This document shows, in pieces, positions 52,072 to 62,710 of a stretch of 64,000 bases of DNA. Source of the stretch: Trueperaceae bacterium. Lineage in GTDB: Bacteria > Deinococcota > Deinococci > Deinococcales > Trueperaceae. The position numbers were made by a program, and so were the translations under genes. The first letter of the stretch is position 1; each line of letters begins with the position of its first letter. The DNA lies in NCBI GenBank assembly GCA_965214405.1, contig OZ243956.1, positions 1,376,001-1,440,000 of the forward strand, given 5' to 3'. The notes under the pieces are model-generated. The model was given only the letters and a program-made list of their open reading frames with translations. It was not told the DNA's origin and ran no database searches.

Positions 52072-53427
52072 GGGTGCATCCTGGCATAAGGGGATAGAAA
52101 AAGGGTGCAAAGGGAAGTAGACTGGCGCATGAACAAGCCAGACTGGGAAGAGAAGGCGAGAGAAGCATTCGAGCATTACTTAGCCGATTTGAAGGCAACG
52201 CTAGCGCCGGACGCCAACTTTAGAGATATAGAAAGGGCAATGCTAAAGTTCTCGCCGGAGATGATGAGAAAAACAGCCGAGGCCCTGGCGAACGCCGAGG
52301 CTTTTTCCCCCCGAAGCCAAAGCGACACCTGAGGGCTACTGGCGTAACGGTCTGAGTACAGGCAATATCAAGACGTGCTGGGGTAGTGTTCGTGTCAAAG
52401 TCCAGAGGTTGAAAGCTCGAACGGGAGAGCGTCAACAGGTCTACTATGATGGCTGCTTGGATGAATCGGGCTGGAGCCCTGAAGCCTTGGAACGCTTGCT
52501 CGAACTCAGTAGCCGTCTGCCTTATGAAGAAGGCAGTCATCTCGCCAAGCTGTTTGGACTCGACATTAGCGGTTCAAGCCTTGCGACTTTAACCAGTCTC
52601 TACGCGCTTCACTGTGAACAGGCAGTGAGTGAAAAGCTAAGGCAAACGCGTGAGTGTCCGGTTCAGCCAAGCGCTAAGCCGGGGCGTGTGATGGTCCTAC
52701 AAGTTGATGGTGTTTATGTGCTGGGTCGTCCTGAAGCAAAGAGTTGTCCGGGGCTAGAAATAAAGAGCGCTGTTCTTTACTCTCAAAATGGTCCCGGCGA
52801 AAGGTGGATGTTAGCAGACAGATGTTCAGCCGAGGACTTTTTGCCCCTGCTTTTAGGCTTGCTTGTAGAGGCGGGTGTCACAGCCCAAGATACCCTTATC
52901 GGCCTAGGCGACGGTGCGAAATGGATTGACACCATCTTTACTCACCTGGCGGCTACGCGCATTACCGATGTCTTTCACGCTGCGACTTACCTCAATGTCG
53001 TCATGCAGGCCCTGCACTGGGATGAAGCCGAGCGAACCCGGCACAGGCGGGACTGGTACAGGGGCGACATCAGTGCGCGAGACTGGTTAGAACAGTATCT
53101 CCCTGAGCCCGAGCTGTGGATGACCTGGCAAGACAACGCCTTATCGGCTCTTAACTACTTAGAGCAGCGCTTAGATTCTATGGACTATCCCAGCTTCAAA
53201 AACAAACGCTACCCCATTGGTTCAGGTCAGGTTGAAGGGATGAACAAGGCTGTTATTGGTCACCGCATGAAAAGAAGTGGTATGCACTGGTCACCTTCTG
53301 GCGCTAAGGGCATGGCCTCACTCAGGGCACAAACTTGTGCTAAACATCCGCTACTGGACTTTGATGACCTTCGTTTCTCAGCCTTCGCTTTGGCTTCCTA
53401 ACTTTCACCTTAGAGCAGGATGCACCC
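52072..53427 (+). mobile_element. Insertion sequence, Mutator-like (ISKra4/ISLre2 group)
   Basis: TIRs GGGTGCATCCTG/CAGGATGCACCC; 9-bp TSD CGTAATGGG (52063-52071, 53428-53436); lower GC. Confidence 0.92.
52129..53401 (+). CDS. DDE transposase split by a frameshift at T5C6 (52302-52312)
   Basis: QVDG, LGDGAKWI, DVFHA, IGSGQVEG, RMKRSGMHW; second frame open back to the T5C6 run. Confidence 0.85.
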
Positions 53428-53540
53428 CGTAATGGGTTATGGTGAACAAATCGGTTTGTGGGGTTTTCCCGGAGCACGAGCACTGTTTCGCTTTTCAAGG
53501 TCCAGTTGCCAAGAAAATAAATGCTGTCGGCTCGAGCGTA

Positions 53541-53570
53541 TTTACATCGTATATACGTTTTTGCTATACT
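53541..53570 (+). promoter_or_regulatory. TA promoter with palindromic operator
   Basis: TTTACA-N18-TATACT with CGTATATACG (53548-53557) in the spacer. Confidence 0.65.
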
Positions 53571-53575
53571 TTGTC

Positions 53576-53878
53576 ATGACGGTTCGTCACGCGCTGAACG
53601 GCGTCCAGTTTGAATGGGACAGTAGCAAAGCTTTAGACAATGTTACTAAACACCGCGTCTCATTTGAACGTGCTCGTGAGGTTTTCTTCGACCCCTTCTT
53701 GGCGAGCCTCGAGGATGATTTTCAAGGTGGCGAAGAGCGTCAACGCGTCATCGGCATGACGGAAAGTTGGAAACTGCTTTACGTCGTTTACGTCGTCCGC
53801 GCCGACATTGTCAGACTCATCTCTGCACGCAACGTAACGTCTTTAGAAAGGAAACGCTATGAAGATGGCTACGCTTAA
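53576..53878 (+). CDS. BrnT family toxin
   Basis: FEWDSSKALDNVTKHRVSFERAREVF, EERQRVIG, RLISAR. Confidence 0.9.
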   Translation: MTVRHALNGVQFEWDSSKALDNVTKHRVSFERAREVFFDPFLASLEDDFQGGEERQRVIGMTESWKLLYVVYVVRADIVRLISARNVTSLERKRYEDGYA

Positions 53879-54167
53879 AAAACGCTTGGACAAAAACCGT
53901 CCCATGTCAACCGTCAGTATGCGGATGCCTGGGGACGTGATTGACGACCTCAAACGTATCGCGCCGCTCCTGGGCTTTTCCGGCTATCAACCGCTGATGC
54001 GCGCCTATATCGGTCAGGGTCTGCGGGCTGACTTAGAGAGGCTCGAGCAGCAGCGGGACTTGAGCGACCTCATCGAGAGTCTGCGTAAGCACGGCGTAAC
54101 GGACGACGTTATCGCCTCGGCTGTCGCGGACGCAAAACAGACCGCCACGTCCTTGGAAAAGTCATAG
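53859..54167 (+). CDS. Putative RHH antitoxin (BrnA-like)
   Basis: VSMRMPGDVIDDLK...GYQPLMRAYI; overlaps the toxin stop. Confidence 0.8.
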   Translation: MKMATLKKRLDKNRPMSTVSMRMPGDVIDDLKRIAPLLGFSGYQPLMRAYIGQGLRADLERLEQQRDLSDLIESLRKHGVTDDVIASAVADAKQTATSLEKS

Positions 54168-54392
54168 GAGAGTGAGCTGTGACAGACCTCTACTTGCTGG
54201 GTAAGCTCGACTTGCTGGACAAAAACGTGCAGGTTGTCCGTCCGCACGTACATTAGCGCTACACCCTGCGCGTACAGAAGTGGGGGCGACCACCCCCACC
54301 CTACGAGTGCAATAGGTGATTTACATCAGTGGCTAGAGACCGAGAGCATACCCAGGCTTTGACCAAGAAAATCACTTTGGCGAACTAAAATG

Positions 54393-55442
54393 CTAGCTGC
54401 CGACACTCCGTTCGGGCGCGGTCTCCTGCCAGCCCGCCGCGCTCTCGGTCGCCTTGAGGATAAGCTCGAGCACCGCCCGCCCGTCTTCCGCGCCGTGCAG
54501 CGGAGGGGTGCCGTTTTTCAAGCAGTCGGCGAAATGTCCAATTTCTTCGGTAAAGGTGCTCTCGACCGCCGGTAGAACGCGCTCCGCAGGTTCGGCAAAG
54601 CCGGTGGGGCGGTAGTAAAGGATGTTGCTCGAGCCGAACAGCTCTCCCTTGTCACCGACCAGATGAAGCTTGTGCGTCCCGTAAGGAAGGGGCATGGCCC
54701 ACGACGTAAGGACCTCACCCAACACGCCATTTTGAAACCGGACCTGCACGCTCGCGGTGTCTTCGCCCTCGATGTGCATGTGAAAGCGGCTCATGCTCGA
54801 GCGCACCTCGGCGAGCGGCGCGCCCGCCAAGTAGAGGAGCAAGTACGACGGGTGATAGCCGGTGTCGATGAGCTCACCGCCCCCTTGCGACGCGACGCTG
54901 CCGCGCCAGGTATTCTGCATCGACGTTGCGGGCGCGACAAAGCAGTCCTGGGTCCTGAGCCAGCGAAGCTTTCCGATCAGGCCCTCGTCAAGAAGCCGTT
55001 TGGCCTCCCTCACCACGGGGGTAAAGAGCTGGTTGTGGCCCGACATATAGGTGACACCCGAGCGAGCGACCGCCGCTAAAATCTCACCGGCTTCAGCGAG
55101 AGTCATGCACATCGGCTTTTCGCAGAGGATGTGCTTGCCCGCTCCCGCCGCCGCCAAAATCGCCGGGGCGTGAAACTGGTGGGGCAGCGCGATAATCACC
55201 GCGTCTAAGTCCTTTTGCTCGGCGAGCAGCGTGTTCCAATCGTGATAGCGCGCCGGGCTGTTGCCGAGTTGCTTTGAGCGGAGCTCCAAGGCGGCGTCGG
55301 AAACGTCGCAGAGCGCGGTGCATTCGAGCTTGTCGGCGTGCGCCAGTATGCCTTGAACGTGAACACCGGCGATGCCGCCCGCGCCAAGAAGGGCGACCTT
55401 GAGCTTGTCTCGGGTTTGTGAGGGTTTCGTCGTTTGGGTCAT
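54393..55442 (-). CDS. Gfo/Idh/MocA oxidoreductase
   Basis: LGAGGIA, GKHILCEKP, GGGELIDTGYH. Confidence 0.92.
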   Translation of the reverse strand: MTQTTKPSQTRDKLKVALLGAGGIAGVHVQGILAHADKLECTALCDVSDAALELRSKQLGNSPARYHDWNTLLAEQKDLDAVIIALPHQFHAPAILAAAGAGKHILCEKPMCMTLAEAGEILAAVARSGVTYMSGHNQLFTPVVREAKRLLDEGLIGKLRWLRTQDCFVAPATSMQNTWRGSVASQGGGELIDTGYHPSYLLLYLAGAPLAEVRSSMSRFHMHIEGEDTASVQVRFQNGVLGEVLTSWAMPLPYGTHKLHLVGDKGELFGSSNILYYRPTGFAEPAERVLPAVESTFTEEIGHFADCLKNGTPPLHGAEDGRAVLELILKATESAAGWQETAPERSVGS

Positions 55443-55510
55443 TATGCGCCTCCGGTTTTAGCAGGATGTGGGGGTAAGGGTGATGGACAGACGGGTGAGT
55501 ATGCGCTTTC

Positions 55511-58500
55511 TCACGCCGGTTTGAGCTTGAGCGTCACGATTTGGAAGGGTTTGAGGTCGAAAGTCACCCCGTTCTCCCCATGCTCGAGCGTCTCTCGGGG
55601 GGTCTCAAGCAGATTGGTCCGCTCCACTTTCGCCAGCTTAAACCCCGTCTGTAAGGTGACCGGCCCGCGCTGCCGCTGGGCTTCGTAGAGCCGCACGATG
55701 ATGCCTGACCCGTCCTCGGCGCGTTTCACGGTTTCGATAACGGCATTGGGTTTATCAACCTGCAAGAAACTTGTCGCGGCCTTCGTCTCACCCCTTTCAC
55801 CGCTCGAGCCGCCCCTCACCGCCAAAAGCGGGTCGTTGAGGGCGTAGGCCGCGGCGATGGTCGTCTCGCCCACGCCGCCCGCGTGCGGCAGCAAACTGGT
55901 GGTAAAGGTGTGCTCTCCCTGGTCGGCTTCGGGGTCGGGCGCAGTCGGGCTCCGCAACAAACTCAGGCGCATGGTGTTACCTTGCACGTCGTTGCCGTAC
56001 TTGCAGTCGTTGAGGAGGCTCACGCCGTAGTCGGCTTCGGACAAGTCCACCCACTTTTGCGCGCAAGTCTCGAAGCGCGCCCAGTCCCACGAGGTATTGC
56101 GGTGCGTCGGGCGCTGCACGTGGCCCCACTGAATCTCGTGGGTGGCAACCGGCGAGAGGATGTTGACGGGAAACGCAACCTTGAGGAGCGTATGCCGCTC
56201 GCGCCAGTCGATGTCGGTGGTGATGTCGAGGCGCGGGCTGTTGTAGGCGAGCGAGAGGCGCTGGGTGTAAGTGCTGTGGAGAATGGTGCGCTTTAGCTCG
56301 AGGGTCGCCCGCAAGGGTCCGCTTTCTATCACCGTGATGGAAGTTGCAGGTTCAGCGTAGTAGACCTTGTCGTCGTAGAAAATATCCACGTCCCAGGCGT
56401 CCCACAAGTTGGGTCTATCCTCAAAGGCGAGAAACTGGTTGCCTTTGGCACCCTCGGCCAGCACCTCGCGGTTCGCGGTCTTGTCGAAAACGCGGACGAG
56501 GTCACCCTCGCTATCAAGTTCGATGCGGACGAACGGGTTCTCGAGGTGCCTCTCGCTGACGCTCAGTTCAGTCTCAGGCGTGTCACCTGCGTCGCCACTA
56601 ATCAAAGGGGTGACGCTGTAGGGTCCTAACCGCCCCGCCGCAATCAGCGTTCCCCCCTCGACCGCTTGCGTGAGTACCGGCCCCCCGTCGGCGCGGCGCA
56701 ACGTACTGGGCACAGTTCCCGGCAAAAACGCCACATCATCACGAACAAACGACGTCGGATTGACCACCACCACCTCACCACCGAGCTTTTGGGCAATAAG
56801 AGACAGGGCCGCGTCGCGCGCCTCCTCACCAAGCCGCTTGACCTCTTCGTACTGCTCCAACGACTCCGTATAAACCTCGCCGATGCTGCTCCCGGGGATG
56901 ATGTCGTGAAACTGGTTTAAGAGCACGAGTTCCCAGGCTCCATGTAACTCAGCCTCGGGGTAGCGGTATCCAGCGTCCAGCGTGCTCGCCAGCGACGCCA
57001 CGAACTCGGCGTCGTGGAGCAAAAATTCGCTTTTGCGGTTCGCGCGTTTGTTGCGGCCCTGCGTGGTGTAGGTGCCGCGGTGCAGCTCTAGATACAACTC
57101 GCCGTTCCAGGTCGGCAGCATGTCGCCGGAGGTTTCTTCAAGCCGCTCGAAAAAGCTCTTGGCGGTGCTGTAACGCATTTTGGGCACGCCCGGGAAATCT
57201 TTCATCACGTCGATGTTTTCCAACATCTCCCTTGTTGGGCCGCCGCCGCCGTCGCCGTAGCCGTAGACCATTAAGAGGTCTTGCTGGACGTCCTTTTGTT
57301 GAAAGTTGCGCCAGGTGCCCAAATTTTGTTCGGGGGTCGCCCTGGCGTTGTAGGTGCTCGCGTGCGGGCTGCCGATTTCGGGCGTGGTCGAGAAGTGCGT
57401 CAAGACTTTGGTGCCGTCCAGCCCTTGCCAATAAAACGAGTCGTAGGGCAGGCGGTTGTACTGGCTCCAGCCGATTTTGATGGTGAAGAAATACTCAAGG
57501 TCCGCCTCTTTGATGAGCTGCGGCAAATTCCAGGCGTAGCCGAACACGTCGGGGAGCCACAAGATAGGTGAGTCAATCTCGCCAAAATGCTCTTTGAAAA
57601 ACGCCCGCCCGAAGACGAACTGTCGCGCCAAGGACTCTGACCCGCTCAAATTACAGTCGGCTTCGACCCACATGCCGCCCAGAGTTTCCCAGCGTCCCTC
57701 GTCAACCCGCGCTTTAATGGCCTCGAACAGCTCGGGATAGTCCTGACGCACGTAGTCGTAAAGTTGAGGTTGGCTCTGCGAAAAGGTGTACTCGGGAAAC
57801 TCCTCCATAAGCCGCAATACGGTGTGAAAGGTGCGCCCGGCTTTGCGCCGCGTCTGCCCCAAGGTCCAAAGCCAGGCCACGTCGATATGGGCGTGTCCCG
57901 CGGCAGCAACTGTCACGTTCTTAGCGGGACCCGCGCTGGCAACGCCTGCTTTTAATGTCTCCAGGGCGTCCGGGACGCTGGCGTAAAAGGCGTCGCGGTT
58001 GTTCTGATTCTGATCTACCGCGAGCGTCTCGAGCCTCTTAAACGCCTCATCAAGCGCATTAAGAAGAAGCCCTTTGGCGGGCGCATCATCGTCTAAGTGC
58101 TGCGCCGTTTCCAGCGCCACCCTCGCCAAGGTAACGAACTCGCGCGTTACGGGCTCGAGTTCCACCACGCTGCATTCTCTTAAGTAAAGCCGCCGGTCTT
58201 CGGCGATGTTAATCCCCGTCCAGCCGTGCAGCGCCAGCTCGTGCGTCCCGCTTAGTCCCACCGGGAGCCGCACCTCTTGGTGGTGGCGGTCGGCGGCGGC
58301 GTAGGGCTTCCCGTCTAAATAAACGAGCACTTCGGGGTGGCTAAAGTCGCCCGCTTCGCCGAGCGGCAGATGGAGTGCCCTCGGCAGCGAGGCGTCCCAG
58401 TCGTCCGGCACCGAAAAGCGAGTCCTCAACATAAATTCGGTACGCGGCGCGCCCCAGTAGGACCCGAACTCTAGGACCTCCCAATCCCCCGTATCGGTGT

Positions 58501-58654
58501 CTAAGAGGGGGGGCTCGAGCGGACCGTCAAGTTTTTTGTAACGGAAAGGCTCGAGCCTTTCACGGCGGCGGGTGACGAGCGGGGTGATGAGCCGGAGGCG
58601 TTTGGCGAGCTTTTCGGGGGTGTGGCGGACGCTGTGGTGGGCACTGTGGCGCAA
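55511..58654 (-). CDS. Alpha-mannosidase (GH38)
   Basis: GHAHIDVAWLW, WLPDVFGY, YGYGDGGGGP, ELYLELHRGT, NQFHDIIPGS; TTG 58654 after GAGGAG. Confidence 0.95.
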   Translation of the reverse strand: MRHSAHHSVRHTPEKLAKRLRLITPLVTRRRERLEPFRYKKLDGPLEPPLLDTDTGDWEVLEFGSYWGAPRTEFMLRTRFSVPDDWDASLPRALHLPLGEAGDFSHPEVLVYLDGKPYAAADRHHQEVRLPVGLSGTHELALHGWTGINIAEDRRLYLRECSVVELEPVTREFVTLARVALETAQHLDDDAPAKGLLLNALDEAFKRLETLAVDQNQNNRDAFYASVPDALETLKAGVASAGPAKNVTVAAAGHAHIDVAWLWTLGQTRRKAGRTFHTVLRLMEEFPEYTFSQSQPQLYDYVRQDYPELFEAIKARVDEGRWETLGGMWVEADCNLSGSESLARQFVFGRAFFKEHFGEIDSPILWLPDVFGYAWNLPQLIKEADLEYFFTIKIGWSQYNRLPYDSFYWQGLDGTKVLTHFSTTPEIGSPHASTYNARATPEQNLGTWRNFQQKDVQQDLLMVYGYGDGGGGPTREMLENIDVMKDFPGVPKMRYSTAKSFFERLEETSGDMLPTWNGELYLELHRGTYTTQGRNKRANRKSEFLLHDAEFVASLASTLDAGYRYPEAELHGAWELVLLNQFHDIIPGSSIGEVYTESLEQYEEVKRLGEEARDAALSLIAQKLGGEVVVVNPTSFVRDDVAFLPGTVPSTLRRADGGPVLTQAVEGGTLIAAGRLGPYSVTPLISGDAGDTPETELSVSERHLENPFVRIELDSEGDLVRVFDKTANREVLAEGAKGNQFLAFEDRPNLWDAWDVDIFYDDKVYYAEPATSITVIESGPLRATLELKRTILHSTYTQRLSLAYNSPRLDITTDIDWRERHTLLKVAFPVNILSPVATHEIQWGHVQRPTHRNTSWDWARFETCAQKWVDLSEADYGVSLLNDCKYGNDVQGNTMRLSLLRSPTAPDPEADQGEHTFTTSLLPHAGGVGETTIAAAYALNDPLLAVRGGSSGERGETKAATSFLQVDKPNAVIETVKRAEDGSGIIVRLYEAQRQRGPVTLQTGFKLAKVERTNLLETPRETLEHGENGVTFDLKPFQIVTLKLKPA

Positions 58655-58784
58655 CGGGTTTCTCCTCGTGAGTAGGCGTGTGAGTGCGGGCGGCTGAGCC
58701 GATACCGCGATTAAAGCATAAACTGACGCTTTCGGACGACTTCGTTCTTGGTTCGCATAGGCGCTCTGCTTCCTTAACCCATCT

Positions 58785-59807
58785 TTAGAATGCTGTGCGG
58801 GGCGTGACCCAACTCGCCTCTTGCGCGCCCTCGTAAAGCGCGGCCATGACGGCGTTGCGGTAGGCGGCCTCGAGGGGGTCGACGAGCGACACATCTTCAG
58901 CATCTTTATCAGCCGATTTGCTCTCTAAAGCGTCCAGAAACAGCTCAAAGGCGTGCGGCAAGGGTTCGGGAAGGTCTTGCCACGCCTCTCCGGTCGCGCC
59001 CTCGACGTGCTCGCTTTTGAAGTGAAGCGTGTCGCCGACGGCGTAGGCGTGACCCTCGGTGCCGCTGACGAGCACTTTGACCGGGTCGGCGACATCGACC
59101 CAGCCCGCCGCCAGCGTGCCCACCGCGCCGTTCTTGAAGCGCAGCATCCCCTCGCCGGACTCGTCGCAGCCGTCGTAGCGTCCGGTCACGACGTTGATGG
59201 ACGCGGTGACCGTCTCAACCTCACCCAGCAGCCACAGCAAGATGTCGAGCGAGTGCGTGCCCAAGTCCCCGAACGCGCCGCAGCCCGCCCTCTCTGGGTC
59301 CGCCATCCAGCGCCAGTCGTTGTCGAACCAGCCCTTGAGCGCGCCCGCGTGGCAGTTCGAGTGCCTAACGCGGGTGATGGTGCCGAAGTGCCCCTTTTCT
59401 ATCGCCTCTTTTAAGAAGCGGTGGATGGGCTGTCCGCGCATGAAGTAGCCCGTTTGAAAAAGAAGACCGGCCTCCTTGACGGCCTGCGCCATGCGGTAGG
59501 CGTCCTCGGCGGCAAAGCCTAAGGGTTTCTCGACGAAGAGGTGTTTGCGCGCCCCCACGGCGGGCATGACGACGGCCTCGTGCCGGTTCGTCTCGGTGCA
59601 GACGATGACGGCTTCGACCTCGTCGTCTGAATACACGGCGTCTGGGTCACTTACTGCCCGTGCGGAGAGCTTGTCCGCTGCTGCGCCAGCCCGCGCCGCG
59701 TCATGGTCCCAGACGTATTTGACCTTGACCGTGTCTCGCTTTTTCAAGCGGTCGATAAAGTTGGGGGTGTGGATGTGGGCTGCGCCGATGAGGGCAAGGG
59801 TGGGCAC
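58785..59807 (-). CDS. Gfo/Idh/MocA oxidoreductase
   Basis: KHLFVEKP, GAFGDLGTH. Confidence 0.9.
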   Translation of the reverse strand: MPTLALIGAAHIHTPNFIDRLKKRDTVKVKYVWDHDAARAGAAADKLSARAVSDPDAVYSDDEVEAVIVCTETNRHEAVVMPAVGARKHLFVEKPLGFAAEDAYRMAQAVKEAGLLFQTGYFMRGQPIHRFLKEAIEKGHFGTITRVRHSNCHAGALKGWFDNDWRWMADPERAGCGAFGDLGTHSLDILLWLLGEVETVTASINVVTGRYDGCDESGEGMLRFKNGAVGTLAAGWVDVADPVKVLVSGTEGHAYAVGDTLHFKSEHVEGATGEAWQDLPEPLPHAFELFLDALESKSADKDAEDVSLVDPLEAAYRNAVMAALYEGAQEASWVTPRTAF

Positions 59808-60007
59808 GGTGAGTCTCCTTTGGCTTAGAGGCAGGCGGTGGGGTGGGAGGGTCGGTCATTCGTCAACGTGAGATTAACCTTTAAGAGCGCTTCAAGGGAA
59901 GTGATGTTTGCGCTCCCCTACTCCCTTTCGGCCAAGCAAAGCTCGAGCCGGAAGATTCGAACCAAAGTAAGCCTCGAGCCGAGCTAAAACTTGAGGCCGA
60001 TCACCCC

Positions 60008-60385
60008 TCACAGCCCGCACCTTGTCGTGTCAAAAATTAGCGTGCCGCCTGCGGGATCGACTTCAAAACGTCTACTCACGTCCGCCAGGCCTCTCAGCCG
60101 TTCCCTCTCGAGCAGGCTCAAGGTGACTTTACGGTTCCAGTCGCGCACCGCCTCGACGTCGTCCGGGGTAGCGAAGCTCATTGCCGTTCTTCCCGCCGCC
60201 CGCACGCGCAAAAAATCGTGCTCGGCGCTCCGCAGCGTCGCGTTGGGGTACGGGGGCAAGCGCCGCGCGATGTCGTTGCGGCAGAGCTGGTCAGCGCCTA
60301 ATATAGCTACGGCGACGATGCCCAGTGCCGCAAGCGCGACGACCCCGAGGCTGGCCCACGGTGACTGCTTTTTGCCGATGAACAT
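60008..60385 (-). CDS. Small membrane-anchored hypothetical protein
   Basis: N-terminal TM helix, LPPYPNAT, two Cys. Confidence 0.6.
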   Translation of the reverse strand: MFIGKKQSPWASLGVVALAALGIVAVAILGADQLCRNDIARRLPPYPNATLRSAEHDFLRVRAAGRTAMSFATPDDVEAVRDWNRKVTLSLLERERLRGLADVSRRFEVDPAGGTLIFDTTRCGL

Positions 60386-60594
60386 ATCTTTAAGCGCCCT
60401 CTCTCGAGCCGTTCAAACTCAGAAAATCTTTCTCAGACAGCGTTCAAGTTGAGGGGTTACGCCCAAGCACAGCTTTTATGAATACTTGGTTGATGTTTAT
60501 ATACCTCCCGAAAATTCCACTTAAGTACGGCATATTAGTTCCGTCATAAAAAAACTTGTACCTATGTTGAATGGCTGCCGTTTCTCTCGTTTTC

Positions 60595-60636
60595 TTGACA
60601 AATCAAGTGGGGCGATTATATGATTGGGGCAGTCCA
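60595..60636 (+). promoter_or_regulatory. Sigma70 promoter with operator
   Basis: TTGACA-N18-TATGAT overlapping ATTGGGGCAGTCCA. Confidence 0.7.
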
Positions 60637-60902
60637 ATTGTCTAGCCCGTAGTGGTTCTTACGCAGTTGCTTGTGTACTGGACGACTACCCTTGCACCTC
60701 GAGGAGTCTTACGCAAGGTCGCCATCTCAATCCGCCCGCGCCGTTCGGCTACGCCGCAGTCCTCGTTCATTCCCGAGTCGCCGAACCGCCTCGAAACGTT
60801 CGGTAATCCGCATGAAAGGAGTTCACCCAGTCGCACACCCAGTCGCACAAGGAATATAAAGACGCTTCAACATGGTTCATTCAACGTTGTGAAAGGAGCT
60901 GT

Positions 60903-62669
60903 ATGAAGATTTTCAGACTAGTCGCTTTACTGTTGGGACTGTCGTTGCTGGGGTCAACTTTTGCCCAGCTCGAGAACCTGCCCCGCGAAGAAACCGTGAT
61001 TTTCGACGTGGACGGCGGCATCATCCAGAGCCCCTTAAACTTTAACTGGATGGTCCCCGGTACCAACCGCAACCAGGGGATGCACCAGGCGGTGTGGGAA
61101 CCGCTCTTTATCCTCAACTACGAAACGGGCGAGATTCAGCCGTGGCTGGCCGAGAGCTTTGAGCCGAACGACGCGCTCGACGTGTGGACCTTGAATCTGC
61201 GCGAGGGCGTGACCTGGTCGGATGGCGAGGTATTTAACGCCGACGACGTCGTCTTTACCATCAACTTGTTGCTGAGCGACGAAACGCAGTCTCTCGGCGA
61301 AGCGGCCAACATGCAGCAGTGGGTCCAAAGCGTCGAAAAAATCGACGACTATACGGTGCAGTTCAACCTCAAAGCGCCCAACCCGCGCTTTCAGCTCGAC
61401 TATTTCTCGGTACGTATTTGGGGCGGTCTGGTCGTCTTGCCCGAACACGTCTGGGCGGGCCAGGACCCCTTTACCTTCGAGTTTTACGACCCCGAGCAGG
61501 GCTGGCCCCTCGGCACGGGCGCTTACAGGCTCGCGTCCGCGAGCGAGAACGAGTTTATTTATGAACGCCGCGACGACTGGTGGGGGGCCGAGGTGGGCAT
61601 CCCCGAAATGAGTATCGACGGCCTGCCCGCGCCCCAGTACCTCGTCTGGGTGGTGACCGGGACCGAGGAGAACCGCGTCCAGCTCGCCTCGTCGGGCGAA
61701 CTCGACAGCGTCATGGACGTGACCCTGGGCGGTTTCGACGCGATGTTGTCGAACAACCCCAACATGGAGGCCTGGGTGGACGGGATGCCCTATGTGTGGC
61801 TCGACCCCTGCCCGCGCCAGATGTCGATCAACAACGCCGTCGCCCCCTGGGACAACGCCGACCTGCGCAAGGCGCTCAACTTCATCGTGGACCGTAATCA
61901 AATTATCGAGGTCGCCTACGAAGGCACGACCATCCCGTCGCGGACCATGTTTGTCGAGTATGGTGGCTTGGAACCCTACATCGAGGCGATTTTAGCCAAC
62001 GACATGGGCTTAAGCGCGACCGCCGACGTTGAGGCGGGTCAGGCGCTCATCGAAGCGAACGGCTACACCATGAACGGCAACGGCTTCTACGAGAAAGACG
62101 GCGAGGTCTTGTCCTTAGAGATTCAAGCGCACGAAGGCTTTATCGAAAAGCGCCGCATCGCCGCCGTGCTGGTCGAACAGCTCCGCGCCGCCGGTATCGA
62201 CGCCTCGCAGCGCAACGTGGCGGGCGCGACCTGGGAAGACAACAAACGCTTCGGCAACTACGAAGCCGTGATGGACTGGGACGCCTGCGGCTCGATTAAC
62301 GAACCCTGGAACTCGATGAACCGCTATACGAGCCAGTTCTACCGCCCCATCGGCGAGCAGTCGCCGGGTCAGAACAACCACGTGCGCTGGAGCGGCGAGG
62401 CCAGCGACGCCTACAGCGCCATCGTCGAAGAGATCGGCGTGCTGCCCTTGGGCGACCCGCAGATCGAAGACATGGTGGTCGAGGCGTACCGCAACCTCTA
62501 CGACGAGATGCCCTTCATCCCCATCACGCAGGCGAAAAAGCTCGTGCCCTTTGACACGACCTACTGGACGGGCTGGCCGACGGCGGAGAACAACTACAAC
62601 CACCCGGCGACCTGGTGGATGAGCACGCACCAGATTATTCACAACCTCGAGCCCGCCGGAGGACTGTAA
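60903..62669 (+). CDS. ABC substrate-binding protein, family 5 (OppA-like, probably oligosaccharide)
   Basis: Signal peptide; PWLAES, LREGVTWSDG...DDVVFT, GTGAY, YWTGWPT. Confidence 0.92.
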   Translation: MKIFRLVALLLGLSLLGSTFAQLENLPREETVIFDVDGGIIQSPLNFNWMVPGTNRNQGMHQAVWEPLFILNYETGEIQPWLAESFEPNDALDVWTLNLREGVTWSDGEVFNADDVVFTINLLLSDETQSLGEAANMQQWVQSVEKIDDYTVQFNLKAPNPRFQLDYFSVRIWGGLVVLPEHVWAGQDPFTFEFYDPEQGWPLGTGAYRLASASENEFIYERRDDWWGAEVGIPEMSIDGLPAPQYLVWVVTGTEENRVQLASSGELDSVMDVTLGGFDAMLSNNPNMEAWVDGMPYVWLDPCPRQMSINNAVAPWDNADLRKALNFIVDRNQIIEVAYEGTTIPSRTMFVEYGGLEPYIEAILANDMGLSATADVEAGQALIEANGYTMNGNGFYEKDGEVLSLEIQAHEGFIEKRRIAAVLVEQLRAAGIDASQRNVAGATWEDNKRFGNYEAVMDWDACGSINEPWNSMNRYTSQFYRPIGEQSPGQNNHVRWSGEASDAYSAIVEEIGVLPLGDPQIEDMVVEAYRNLYDEMPFIPITQAKKLVPFDTTYWTGWPTAENNYNHPATWWMSTHQIIHNLEPAGGL

Positions 62670-62710
62670 AGCGAGTGGTGAGTGGTTAGCTTTGGGCTTC
62701 TAGCCCTTTG

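Noticed and set aside
58655..58903. 83-aa N-terminal extension of the alpha-mannosidase
   Set aside because: It overlaps the upstream gene, and a strong SD plus TTG at 58654 marks the likely start.
60637..60902. Long 5' leader of the OppA-like gene as a riboswitch
   Set aside because: No recognisable aptamer or terminator; only short duplications are seen.
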